Both the position numbers and the translations under genes were made by a program. A DNA stretch of 61,033 nucleotides, counting the filler, from Nemertoderma westbladi (taxonomy: Eukaryota > Animalia > Xenacoelomorpha), in the NCBI GenBank assembly GCA_032718475.1. It is 4 parts of 4 records of this genome, joined end to end, with 100 filler letters (N's around TTAATTAATTAA, not from the genome) between each part and the next. Parts side by side here need not be neighbours in the genome. Positions count along the whole stretch, not along the records: positions 35,442 to 56,866 come from JAUCBJ010006370.1; 3 more parts are not named here. One strand, given 5' to 3'. The notes below the pieces were generated by a model that was not told where the DNA came from, did not search any database, and saw only the letters and a list, made by a program, of their open reading frames with translations. Positions 39,326 to 51,624 of this stretch are shown here, one piece after another. Within the stretch, counting starts at the first letter, position 1. The number at the start of each line of letters is the position of its first letter.

Positions 39326-40195
39326 TACAATATGATCAGGCTTACACGCCTTCTGTTCAATACTGGCCTACAAATAAATAAAACTGACAGAAATAAGTAA
39401 ACTCCAAAAGAAACAAGGGGTGTACAGTCCCTAATCTCTTAAACAGCCTACCGGTATATTATTATTATTATTAAGTTTATTGACGATAAAAATTACCAGT
39501 AAATAGCCACAAGCAACTGACAAGAAGAGACGTAACAACGGAAAACAATGTAACAAAAACAAACAAAACAATAGCCAAATGGACGGATAATATTAAAATG
39601 ACAGTACATTAACCGACAGGCAAAATACCGGGACAAATATAAGCTTTAATTAATTTGTGTGAAATTGGGCAGTGGGCTATGAGTCGCAACAATCGTCCAA
39701 GAAAATAATATTTAAACAAAGGCTCAAACGCGTATTTAAGTATGATTAATACTACCTAATATATATATATATATACAAATAAATAATTTAATAAGTTAAT
39801 TACACGGAGATATGTTTTAAATTATTTCAAGTGTGTTCAAGCATCTAACTAAGAATGAACCGCACTCCTCCAAGCGGTTGGAATCAAAAAAGGTCGTAAA
39901 AGAGTTGAAATTAAGGGACGGGTGAGCCGAACGAAGCTCATCCAAAAGCGGACAGTAATCAATACAATAATCAAATCGAATAATACTAATGTACTTATAC
40001 GGGAAGTACCGGTTAGGACAGTTAGGCCTACGGACCTACAGAAGTACCGGTTCTGGCAGTTGGACCTACGGACCTACGGCAGTACCGGTTCTGGCAGTTG
40101 GGCCTACTGACCTACAGATGTACCGTTCAGGTTTACCGGTTGACCGGTACTTTCAACTTTATTGCTTACTGCAATAAAGAAGCGATATCCGTTAT

Positions 40196-40457
40196 TGTTC
40201 GCGCTTTCAGACCTTTGGCAGTTTAACCCGCCAAATTAGGATGTCTTCTAGATAATAAATCACTTTTAGCCTATGACAAGTATTTAATTCACTACACTAG
40301 TCGAAACCAATCTGTGCGCGATCATTCACCCGCTGGATATACCCGGGAGATTGGGTTCGACGGCTTAATCTTATTGCTATGTAAGCTTAATGTATTATTC
40401 GACTGACAGTATTATATAATCTCTGACAATATTATTCACCTTCGGGGAATATTAACA
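40196..40457. mobile_element. Complete 262-bp LTR-like repeat (TGTT...AACA)
   Basis: Inverted 4-bp termini; homologous copies at 23253 and 35284; flanks gttat / gttcc match only 3 of 5; no PBS seen. Confidence 0.6.
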
Positions 40458-43400
40458 GTTCCTTTAGGACGTGGCGCTCTATCTATATAAACAGAGTTAT
40501 GACTTAAACTACTCACAACGATATGGCTTAGTTATAATTCACATATATGGCGCATTCTTTAGGAAATGCTTCGTTATCAGACTCACTCATACACAATGCT
40601 GCACAATACTGCACACTGATCTGCCGATCTTCACTGATTTTAGCCACATATAAAAGGAACACGGACCGACTCATGTAGGGTCTATCAAATAACATTAGAT
40701 TCACTTCAAACCACTTTAACATAAGTCACAATCGTTATATGTAACCTTTCTCTCTTACCTTCGGTATATCAAGAATATTGGGTTTTCGGGGTTATTTATC
40801 GTTATTCCAAATATAATAATTCCTCAACCATATTATGAAGAACCGACAGTAAATAGCAGTATAACAATATAAAAGTATGCACCAGTGTGGTACATGCAGA
40901 TTTGGTTTGTTTAGTTGAGTTGCACAGTGATTCAGTGTGATAACGGATATATGTCCTTATAATTAAGTCTACTAGTGTTAGGCTAAAAACAGAAAAGCAC
41001 AAAATATTTCCAAGCCGCTCTCTCCTGGCTCAGGACAGAATGTAAACACTGCACATAAAGCATTGCCTGATTTCTATGAAATTTCTCTACAAGAGCCATA
41101 AAAATGCTCTGATTGGCTGACTGAACTGAGAGATGCCGTAGAACAAAGAAAATCAACACGTATGAATATCAGCTGTTAACCGTCGTCATAGTAACTACTG
41201 TTCAAGAGTAGCTATCACCTTTTGCGTCACGGAATTGCCATAGAATCATCAACTATGCCTTTCACAGTACACATAAGGAGGAAATAGCTCTTAGATCCTC
41301 TAAAAAACACCGATACAGCAATAATACGGTCTCTTACACCTATTAAATCAACTACAGAGTATTTTAATGTAAAAGATAATAAAAATAACGGGGCAATTCA
41401 GCAAAGGCTTTTACAGTGTCTGGGACACAAATAGTGAAAAATTTTATACAGGCTTTACTCAGTTCAAGTCTGAGACGACAAACACTTATTTGAGAAAGCA
41501 GGTCAGGCGATGTAACTACTGGGACATTTTCCGACAAAGTGTAACAATCACATCTTTGTCAACTGTTTTATGCTTATATAAATATCCATTTGTTATCTCG
41601 AACATGGCCATAGTTAATTCCCTTAAATTAATGTAGATGATACATACCCACCCAGGCCACTTTAATTTGTAGAATTTTTAAGAATCTAGAAATTAGCTAG
41701 AAAATAAGATTGCGGAGCACTAGAAAATAAGGGTACAAAAAATAAGGTTATTAGCTACGGGAACTTCAGCACTTTCACTAAACATTTACGCCAAAAATGA
41801 CAAACAGGGTGTAGCTGAACTCGACATCTGATAACATTTTAGCCCTCAATTATAATAATAGTTTTGTAAAACACCCCCTATTCTGAACCGAAGACAAAAA
41901 ATACGATTTTATATTCTAAACTCCAACTCAAGTGACGTGTACATGGCATCCAGCTGTTAAACGAACTAATCATTGCTCACAGACACAGAGACAGCTCCGA
42001 TCTTGATCCACACGTGGTTGACTCGTGTGTGGTCCAGTTTTGCACTAATTCGAAGTAAGTTGCTTCAGTTTAGTCAGGTGTTAGGAATACGGTTGAAGAA
42101 TTTAATTCAATGCAGTATTTACAACTTAGTTAACTACGGATTAGGTTAGTTGAAGGTTGAAGCGGTGCACAGTGCCACAGTTTCCCTCTAGAGGCGTGCT
42201 TGCATTCGCAACAGTTAGAAAAACTTTTAATACTAAATATAAAAAAAACCTCAAATTTCAAGTAGGCTTGAGTGTTTTTGTATATTTGTCTGTTTGTTGG
42301 AACTTATAATACATTCATTCGATGCTAATTACAAGTTTATTAAGCGTTTTTAAGAAGAATATAGGGGCTATAAATTTACCTATAAATTTAGATTTTGGAG
42401 GATTAGAAATTAGCTTAATTTGTTTATTTTCTAGATTCTACATATTAAAGTGGCCTGTAACATACCGAACCAAAGCATATTACTTCCGCATGTATTTAAC
42501 AATGCACTATACGGCAGTTTGAAAACATCTCTAGAAAATTATGGGGGGGGGGGGTATCTGCAAGATACGTAAAAATTATGGGGGGGGGGGTATCTGCAAG
42601 ATACGTACATGAATTATGGGTATGGCTTATTAAAACTTTTAATTTTAATTGATTTAAGCCTAAATATCAATATGGCACAAATCGCATTGAGTTAAAAATA
42701 TTCATAAGCCATCTGGTTACAAACAAAACTCCAGAGTCCGTATAATATAAACCAACACATAAACGTTAACTTTAATAGCAGATTGTTTTCCATTGTGCAT
42801 ATTAATAAAGTAGAACAACAAAGAAACTGCATCATAAATACTTAAATTAACAACAACTGTTGATGAAATACCAAACGAAAAGCACATTGGTGTATTCAAC
42901 ATGCGATATCTGAACATTTAACAAACAAGAGTTGGGGGGCACATCAAAAACCATATGATATTCAGTATAAAGCAAGTCCATATTTTTCATTGGATCCAGC
43001 GTGAAATACGGTGTTACTTTATTTAATCGAATATTACTTTTCATCCGGTATATATTTATGTATGAAGCTAATTTAACATTTCAGACGTAGCATTACTGTG
43101 GTAATCGCATAATAATAATAACATTTAAAATTTCATATATTTTTCTAATATAAAACAGGCCATTGTAAAAAGGAACTAATTACCTTCCCCACATTTAGTC
43201 ACCATTAAAAAAGGAGACTTTACAGATTACAAACACATCTGCTCTATCTTCATTTTTAGAAACATGCATTAGATTATTAATTTGCGTAAAAGTTTATGGC
43301 AATTAAATACCTCTCTGATTAATTTTGTTTTCTTTCAGTTCCGCGTTTTTTTTGCACCCTTCTCCACGTTATATATATAGACTGTGTTAGAGTATACTTA

Positions 43401-45955
43401 ACACAGATATTACTGCATTAAGCCACCCTGTGACCAGCTGTTTATGGTTTACAGTGGGTACCAACTACTAGGAGCGAGTTCCTAACGATAATATTTTAAT
43501 ATTAATGATATTAATTAAGGAGTAAAAGTTACTTTGAATTATGAAAAGGAAGTTGATGGTTATCTATCTACCATCATTAAAGTTACACAGAAGATGAAAG
43601 TTCAAAGTATCCCATTTTCCAATTCAGAATATATCAGTTCACTTCACAGTACCGGTATTCTAAAGTAGAAAGGAGAAGACAGGGGAAATATAACAATACA
43701 AAAAAACAAGTAGAAATAACACAAATAAGAAATACTAAATAAATAGCACTTTTACGGACTTTCATAGAGAAAATGAAGAATGACATGAAAGGTAGAAAAT
43801 TGAAACCGTTAACAACAAAGAAAATATATAAACATTACAAATATATAGTTTGTGAAAACAGAAAGGACAATAAAGTAAACACTGAATGATAATCAATAAG
43901 AACAGATGAATAAATAACGACACAAAACAATGTTTGAGTGTATAAATCAAAAGTAAATGCTGAGAGATAAACCTAATTACTGAAGGTGATAAAAGATGAT
44001 CTTATATTTTGTATAGTTTGTTGTTATTTATATAGTTTTTCTAGAATATATAATTTGTATTCAATATATTCAGTGAGCAGCAAATGGGAGAGGAATAAGT
44101 GCAGTAATACAAAAATATTTAGCTCACTAATATTCTAGCTTTAAGGTAATAAATGATAAAATGATTCAATTAACATGGAAAGCAATATAAATATAATTTA
44201 GTAATGAATCGGTCCAACACTTGCGAACGTGTTAGAAAATAATTTTTTTTTTCTTAAATTAATATCCCTTTAGGGGACCCGGTAGTAAATCTATTCGAAA
44301 ATTGAAATAAAACCCAACAACGGTGTATTTGTAGAAAAAAATCAATAAACAACGTAAAGGACAGGATGGATATCCTGTACCGCAGCAAAACATGGCCAGG
44401 CGTTTAATTACCGTGAACTTTATTTAAATTTTAAAAAATTTAATTGGAATTAGTTATATAGTTACATAAGATGGGTAACTGACGGATTACGGGTATGAAA
44501 TTACTATTAAACCGTATTTCGACATCAAAAATCTGGTCAACTATTAATTAATAATGCCAACTTTATGATCACAAAATGCCAGCGGAGTAAGTATTAATAG
44601 CTTCCAAGATTCGGATAACATGCGTCATTGATAAATTATTATTATTAGCTTAATTAATAAATTATTATTAATTGTAATTAATTATTAATTAACTTTTTTA
44701 TGTAGCAGTCTTAATGACAGCAGCCCAAGGAAGAGTCTTATGAAAAATAATAACATACCAAAAATAAAAATGTATAACTTGTTCTATTGACTTTCGTTTA
44801 TTGTTTGGGTTAGAACATGGCGCTGTGACCTGCTCCTTTCTATTAAATGATAGTTTAACATTGCAAGTGAGACGATATATTAATTCGCTGAGATCGGATC
44901 TACCCCCCCCCCCCCCCCCCCCCCCCTCGACATTTAACGAACACATTATTACAATTACATACACTACAAACAAAGTGAATCTTGCATGGAGGCCCGGCCA
45001 TCCTGACCACACAATATGCATAACTGAAATGAAACATTCATTAACCGAAAATAAAATAGCATTTATAGGACATTCCATTCACATAAAACGAATTCCATTA
45101 TAAATACGTTGAGAACTTGAAATCAAATTATAATCCACAAACAACAAAACTTATCAGATAAATAAATTGAGAATATATTATTTTGTATTATGTTACTCGC
45201 GCTGCCTTCCCAAAGAATAATTCATATATATATAAATATATATATATATGGTAACTCGCCAAATGTCATGAAATTAGGGAAAATTACTATCGAAATTATT
45301 TAACCGATTTTTTTTCGGAATTCTAAATTCTCATTGTAAACTCTTAATTCGCGAAGTTAACGTGTGTGTTCCAGACTCTAGTTTATTATAATATATTGAG
45401 ATATATTTTGGGAAAAGTGTCCATGAGACCCAGTTTATAGTTAAAATGCCTCTTCAATTGTATATATATTTATTTATTACAAGTTTTGGCTTTGATGTAA
45501 CACAACTGTAAAACTAAGTGATAAATAATATCAGAACGTTTCGTTAAACTAACAAATATTCTAGAGCCACGTGTACCACCTATAGTTTAGATTACCCGAT
45601 ACATAATTTTAGTAAGAAAACAATAAACTAGGATATAAATGAACCTCAAACCTAACAAACTATTTCATGAGAATTGGCTTTAAAGGCAAAGCACCAAGGA
45701 AAGCACCAAGTATGCGATCTCCAAAACAATATCGGGGTAGTGTAACTCAGCTACTGTAAAGGTAACTTAGAAAAAAGGCGATAAAACAACAATAATTGGT
45801 AGAAAATAAAGTAACAGATAAATAAACCAGGGAGTTACGGGAATGTTATGGAGTCAAACACTTAAATTGAATTAATATTAATAATATAATTGTAATAATG
45901 AAACCCAAATCCCAACCATCACCTAAAGGAACACGGAATATTAATTAAAATCATT

Positions 45956-48802
45956 TTATACTTCACTGATATTAGAAACAGCAGCCTGTTGTGGTGGTTG
46001 GCCGCCGATGACGGAGACGCCGGGTAACTGGGAAGCCTGGACCACAGTCGGCGGTCGCTTAGTAACCACAATAGGCGTGGTCGGCCTCTTAGCGACAGGG
46101 GGCATCAACGAGTCCATCACGGGGACCACCAGATCGTCCATGTTGGGCAGGAAGAGGACCTTCCGGAAGACTTCCACGAGTTTCTTCTCGATAAACTCGG
46201 TGATGTAGGTGAAGGTGACCTGTTTCTCGCCGACCTTGGGCCGCGCCGACAGCTGCAGCTTGGTCTCCCGCTTGAAGCCGTACCACAGCCGGTCGGTGGG
46301 CGGGGGCGGCACGTTCACCACGAGGGCGCCCCCGAGGAACTCCGCCCGCACCGAGAGCACCAACGCGGTGTTGGAGACCTCGTCGAAGGCTCGCTTCACG
46401 AACTTATTCTCTGTGGCCTGATGGAAGTATTTATTGCGGGTGATCTTATCGACGATCCCGAGGAAGCGCCGTTTAGCGTTGGCCGTCGACGGGGCCCAAT
46501 CCGGGGCCGCGCTAACCACAGTCTCGTCCTCACTCGACTCCATTGAATCCTCCTCATCGCTGTCGTATATCGCGGCTTTCTCTACCGAGTTCACCGTCGC
46601 CTTCGAGACGCCCCTAATGTCGACATCTTCGACGTCTAGTTCCCCGTTCGCGTTGAACCGGATGTCCCCGCTCGCCTTGGCCTGCGCCAACTTCCACAGA
46701 TTCAGTTTGGTTTCCAACGTCATCTGGAAGGATCCCGGGTAGATCACGTCCAACTCGATCCAGACTCCGTCGCTGTTCACCTCGGGCGGGTGCGCTTTAG
46801 TACAGAACGGGGCGACACTCCCTAAATCGATGTCAGTCAACGTGATTCCTTCGATAAAGTGGGGCAACTTGATTTGATTGAGTTTCTTCTGGATTTTCAC
46901 CGCGATAAACTCCTCCCAGAACTTCTTTGTGAGGAAGTCGTAAAGGAAACGCGCGAGGAGACAGTTGGCCCAGCTGATCGACGGGTCCGCAGCGGACCGT
47001 TGGGACTTACTGGGCGAGCGGGTGGGTTTGTTGTAGAGACCTGTCGGCGGCGGCGGGTCGCCTGGCGGGGAGGGTTTCTTACGGAGCGAATCCGCATCCG
47101 GAATCAACTTCCTCATGTAGTTATCGTAATTTAGCGGCTTCCCGGGGGGTCGGTAACCCGGTTGGGCGGCTCCCATTAGCGAGCGGTACCATCGCTCCTT
47201 CTCTCGCGCCGTCCGCGTGAACAGATGCACGCGGGTGGCGTCGCACGTCGTCCGGGTGACCAGGTCGAACTCGACTTCCTCCGCGGCGCCGGCGGCCATC
47301 AGGTCAGCGCCGCGGATCTCCACCGCGGGCTGCGACTCACTGCGTCGCTCCATTGTGCCCACGGAAACCAACTCCAACCGGATGGGGTACTTCTTAGACC
47401 ACAACCGTTTCCGGCAGAGTTCTGCGGGCTGGAGAGACACTTTGGCACCGGATAGATCGAAAGTTCGCGTCTCCGAGAAGCGAGTCGGAGCGTCCGCGAT
47501 GTGTCGAGTGCCGGATCCGGTCGCACGGGGGCGTTGGAGTCGCAGAGTGGACGGCGGCTCCAGGGTCGCGTAGATCGGCTGCGATTGGTTGACGTTGTAG
47601 GTCAGGGGGTCGTACAACGTGATCTCGTTCATCCAAGCGGAGACCGTGGTCGCGCTGGTCTTAGCGGCGGTCTCCGCAGCGCCACCCAGTGGGTTCGGTT
47701 CGCATCGCGGGAGGATTTTGTAGGCGAACCACAGACAGACTAGGAGGGTTACGCCGGATCCCGCTAGGATGCCAGTAAGGAACTGCGGCAACGGAAGGAG
47801 GTACATGAGCGCTGCGTAGATAACCGAGGCGACTAGGAGGTTTCTAGAATAAAAGTTGCCTAGGGAGCGAGCGAGTGCGAGGGAGGGGGCGGGATGATGG
47901 GTGGGGGTAGAGGGGGGCACCGCGGGGGGAGGGGGGACGATGGGGGGAGCGGCGAGAGGCAGTTCCGAGGGTCGGCCTACCGAGGAGGAACGACGGAACG
48001 GCGATCTCTTCCGAGAGCCGCGGGTTTCCTCCGCGTTCTTCCGGGAGACGCGTGGCTCCTCAGGGAGGAGACGAGTACTCTCGGTCGCGTCTTCCTCGGA
48101 GTCGGACTCGGCGGCCCCCAGGAGCCCCGACATGGAGAGACTCGCGGAGCGGGACTCCGGCGTCGTCACGAGGTTCTCCGAGATGTGTCGGTCGGATTCG
48201 CTCTTCTTGATGCCGTGGGCCGCCAGTCGGGAGCGGATCCCGTCGGAGCGGGACCAGATCCCGTCCGTCTTAGATCGCCGTTCCGCCCCGTCTGACACCG
48301 CAGCCTTGGCCGCATTGACTCCGCTGTTGATGGAATTTAATAGACGGTTGCGGATCCGCGATGGGGTGACCGGAGTTGGATCATCGTCGGATTGGATGGA
48401 CAGAGAATCCGGCACTGTTTGTTTATTACGTTCGACTGGAATGGGGCGGGTAAGTCCAGAGTTGATTGTTCTAGAATCCCTAGTTGCAATGTTGTTATGA
48501 TGGATAGGAGGGGGGCGAGGTGGGGGGCGGGGAGGGGGAGGCAATGGGGTAGTAGGACCAGTGTCTGTAGAGGAAGCACTCGGGGGAGTTTGAGGAAGAT
48601 TTCTACTGTGTTTCTGGGAGGACTCGAATTCGGTTGACCCATTGGTAAACGCAACGGTATCACTTTCATCAGAATGCTCGTCCTCGTTTAGCAGCTGTAG
48701 TGTTAGCGGGTCTGGGTTGTCAGGTGAACATATTTCGCGCTGGAGGGTTTTCCCTTGGACTGATAGATTTACATTACTATTAGCAGCTGTAGGTCTATCC
48801 AT
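45956..48802 (-). CDS. TEX2: Testis-expressed protein 2 homolog (TM + PH-like + SMP lipid-transfer domains), single coding exon
   Basis: Open frame of ~950 aa: two TM helices, WMNE..YDP, RKRLWSKKYPI, LFTRTAREKERW, WANCLLARFLYDFL, KIQKKLNQIKLPHFI, NVPPPPTDRLWYGF, LPNMDDL; first ATG at 48802 (frame open to 48856). Confidence 0.93.
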   Translation of the reverse strand: MDRPTAANSNVNLSVQGKTLQREICSPDNPDPLTLQLLNEDEHSDESDTVAFTNGSTEFESSQKHSRNLPQTPPSASSTDTGPTTPLPPPPRPPPRPPPIHHNNIATRDSRTINSGLTRPIPVERNKQTVPDSLSIQSDDDPTPVTPSRIRNRLLNSINSGVNAAKAAVSDGAERRSKTDGIWSRSDGIRSRLAAHGIKKSESDRHISENLVTTPESRSASLSMSGLLGAAESDSEEDATESTRLLPEEPRVSRKNAEETRGSRKRSPFRRSSSVGRPSELPLAAPPIVPPPPAVPPSTPTHHPAPSLALARSLGNFYSRNLLVASVIYAALMYLLPLPQFLTGILAGSGVTLLVCLWFAYKILPRCEPNPLGGAAETAAKTSATTVSAWMNEITLYDPLTYNVNQSQPIYATLEPPSTLRLQRPRATGSGTRHIADAPTRFSETRTFDLSGAKVSLQPAELCRKRLWSKKYPIRLELVSVGTMERRSESQPAVEIRGADLMAAGAAEEVEFDLVTRTTCDATRVHLFTRTAREKERWYRSLMGAAQPGYRPPGKPLNYDNYMRKLIPDADSLRKKPSPPGDPPPPTGLYNKPTRSPSKSQRSAADPSISWANCLLARFLYDFLTKKFWEEFIAVKIQKKLNQIKLPHFIEGITLTDIDLGSVAPFCTKAHPPEVNSDGVWIELDVIYPGSFQMTLETKLNLWKLAQAKASGDIRFNANGELDVEDVDIRGVSKATVNSVEKAAIYDSDEEDSMESSEDETVVSAAPDWAPSTANAKRRFLGIVDKITRNKYFHQATENKFVKRAFDEVSNTALVLSVRAEFLGGALVVNVPPPPTDRLWYGFKRETKLQLSARPKVGEKQVTFTYITEFIEKKLVEVFRKVLFLPNMDDLVVPVMDSLMPPVAKRPTTPIVVTKRPPTVVQASQLPGVSVIGGQPPQQAAVSNISEV

Positions 48803-49131
48803 AACAGCTAATAGCAGAATAGCAACAGCAGGACAGATAATCCAGTCACCACTCACCAGTACCGGAAATCAATATTATGAATTACAAATATAAACAACCG
48901 ACAAAATTGTATCTAAATTGTATATTCCATGACTATATATACAAATATAGGCCCTACATACTGACATGATGTAACAGTTTATAATAACAAGTGTTCTAGA
49001 ATGAATTATTATTTTATTAGTTGTATTTATCCAGTTATCAGTTTAAATAAATAGGTACTTTAGTTGAGTCTGTTATATTTTAAAAATTTTTTAATAGAAC
49101 GACACGCCGACTTAAGGGGATTTCGGTACAT

Positions 49132-49216
49132 TGTTAAGAAAGATAGGTTCAACGAAAGAAAGATATCTTTTTAGATACAAGGGGAGTCCCCAGTGTTGAA
49201 CCTATCTTTCTTAACA
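49132..49216. repeat. Perfect 22-bp inverted repeat with 41-bp spacer
   Basis: tgttaagaaagataggttcaac / gttgaacctatctttcttaaca. Confidence 0.9.
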
Positions 49217-49949
49217 TATTTTAAAAATGACCAACTTGCATACAATTTTACATTTTAATGGATGAAAATGACAATGATGAAGAGGTATAATGCGGCGCAT
49301 TTGAACATCACTGGCTCTAACGAAAAATTGGCATATTATGACTAATTCTGGGGAAAAAAATTGATTTTTTTTTCAATCCCCGCTGATTTCGCAGATTTTT
49401 ATGAAGAAATCAAAACTTCAAACCGTTCTGCTGTTTGTTTTTGTTAATATCTACCATAGGCCTAATGTAGTTTAAAAGTCTAAAAGTTATGATTGATAAT
49501 GTTAACGATACTCCATTTAAGTGTCTGTGATAACTGTCTGTCTGGAATTGTGTTTCTGACGGTTTGTCTGTCAAAATATAACAACAATTTATTTAATCAA
49601 TTAACTTACCCATTTAAGAGTCTACCGGTACTTAAAATTGCAAGCACAGCACAACTCATGTATACTTAAATTAGACATGAAATGATACATTATTAAATAC
49701 AATTACCGGATTATAATAAACATAACGGCCCAGCAGAGCAAATATAAACAATAAACCGTTAAACCATTATTATAATAATAATACCGATTATTTAGAAATT
49801 GAAATTTATAACGAGCACTCAATAATACAACATTAATTATTAGGCCCCTAAAGTATTTCTTCTCAAAAAACCATAAATTATAAATAAGCCTAGATTCACC
49901 ATTCAGCCATTTTTTTTAGCATAGTCTTTATATAAACATGCATATAATT

Positions 49950-50409
49950 CAGATAGGGGCCTAATTATAATTTGGCAGGTGGGGTACCTTGGGAAGTAAT
50001 TTCCAAGATATTTTACTCTGTTACTCTCAACTCTGAGTAAGCCCTACATTCTAAAAGGAAATGAAACTCATATTCGATACTATTGTTATTGCACATTTAA
50101 CAAAATCGGTTAGAGCGTTCTATAGGCCTATTGTGCCAACGATCACGCTCAATTTCTAACTGATGAGATGAACACCGAATCTGTGAGATGCGTTTGCGCA
50201 GTATTATGTGATTACCGGTACTTAATGTATCAAGGTACGGTATTGCACCAAAATATGAAATAAAATAAAGGTTATCCTTCGAGCTATAATAAATTTCACT
50301 CCACCACAATTGTTTGTATTAGTCCTGTCAGCCTGTAGCCGCAATTTGATTCTCGAAAGAAAATGTCTTGCCAGCACATCAACTAATTTCTGATCCCACA
50401 CATAGTTAT
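49950..50409 (-). mobile_element. 3' fragment of a CR1/L2-group LINE ORF2
   Basis: PYL..RKRISQIRCSSHQLEIERDRW..NRFC followed by EYEFHFLLEC; continues past the hAT insertion at 51187-51220. Confidence 0.7.
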
Positions 50410-51186
50410 TCGGGCTCGATCGGAGTTGGGATTTGGCCGGAGCCGGAGCAGGAGCCGGAGTTGGACAATTTGGCCGGAGCCGGAGCAGGAGCCGGAGTTT
50501 TTCAAAAAATTTAAAAATTTAATTATTTATTAAAAAAAAATAAAGTATGGTTATCGTTTGCCAATCGCTCATAATCAACTATACTGTAGGTCTAATTAAT
50601 TTCATAATTTATAGATTTACGAATTTTCAATTTAAAATTTAAGTAATTAATTTATCACTGACAGACGGCCTGACGCTGACGGCTAAAAATTACCTACAGT
50701 CAGACAGTACGGTACCTAACTCACTAACTGTCTAACTGTGGTAGAGGTGTGTACTGTAGGTAGCCTACCGTACTGCCGTACCGGTACATGTCAGACATGT
50801 ACCAGTACTGCAGAACAGTATGCTGGCATGACAGCAGTAAATGCAGTGAAATGGCTGCAGTGGTACAGTGTACAATCATAGAATTTACAATTTTTTACAG
50901 TACAGCAGTAGGGCCTATCTGTAATAGTCTGCTAGTCAGCCAGCTGGCTGCAGTATTATGCTTGATATTGAAGCTGTACTACAGTACTTATAGTGTAAAT
51001 TATTATTATTAATATTATTATTATTATTATTATTATAAATAATTGTCCAGATTAGAATATGCACGAAATATAATACTTTATTAAAAAATTAACTCCGGCA
51101 ATATTTTTACCGGAGCCGGAGCAGGAGCCGGAGGTGCCAAAATGGCCGGAGCCGGAGCCGGAGGCCGGAGCTCCGATCGAGCCCTA
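50410..51186. mobile_element. hAT-type MITE
   Basis: TIR t(a/c)gggctcgatcggag, subterminal ccggag repeats, 8-bp TSD atagttat (50402-50409 and 51187-51194). Confidence 0.9.
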
Positions 51187-51624
51187 ATAGTTATACAGTT
51201 TGCAGTTATAACCATTACCTGATTACAGCATTAACCAGTGGTCCCAGTCAGTCGGTGAGAAGTCAAAAATTGGACTTCAAGTCCAATTTTAGACTTCAAG
51301 TCCAATTTTGGACTCCAAAGTCCAATATTGGACTTTAGTACAACTCCAAGTGTACCCATGCAGCCATGCTGCCATACTGCAGTACTGTATATCGGTATTT
51401 AAATCAAAACTGCATCCCGTATCAGTACATAATCTACATATATCATCAGTATATTACATAATTACAATGCTGCAATGCAACATTATTTTAACGATTAAAT
51501 TAATTATTATAAGTATTATAAGCAGGGATCGCACACGTATAGGCCTACTGGTATACAGTCAGACATCAGTAGTTACTTTTTGCGGTAGTGGTATGGCTTT
51601 GCGGTAGCCTTACTGCCTTAGTGG

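Noticed and set aside
35284-40457. A complete LTR retrotransposon bounded by two LTRs
   Set aside because: The two repeats are clearly diverged, separated by a gap, and no PBS, PPT or pol is visible
46008-48893. Many + strand ORFs overlapping TEX2
   Set aside because: Antisense shadows of a GC-rich coding sequence
50155-50190. ctgatga as a hammerhead ribozyme core (also near 24237 and 32252)
   Set aside because: No stem II plus GAAA arrangement; this site lies inside a LINE ORF remnant
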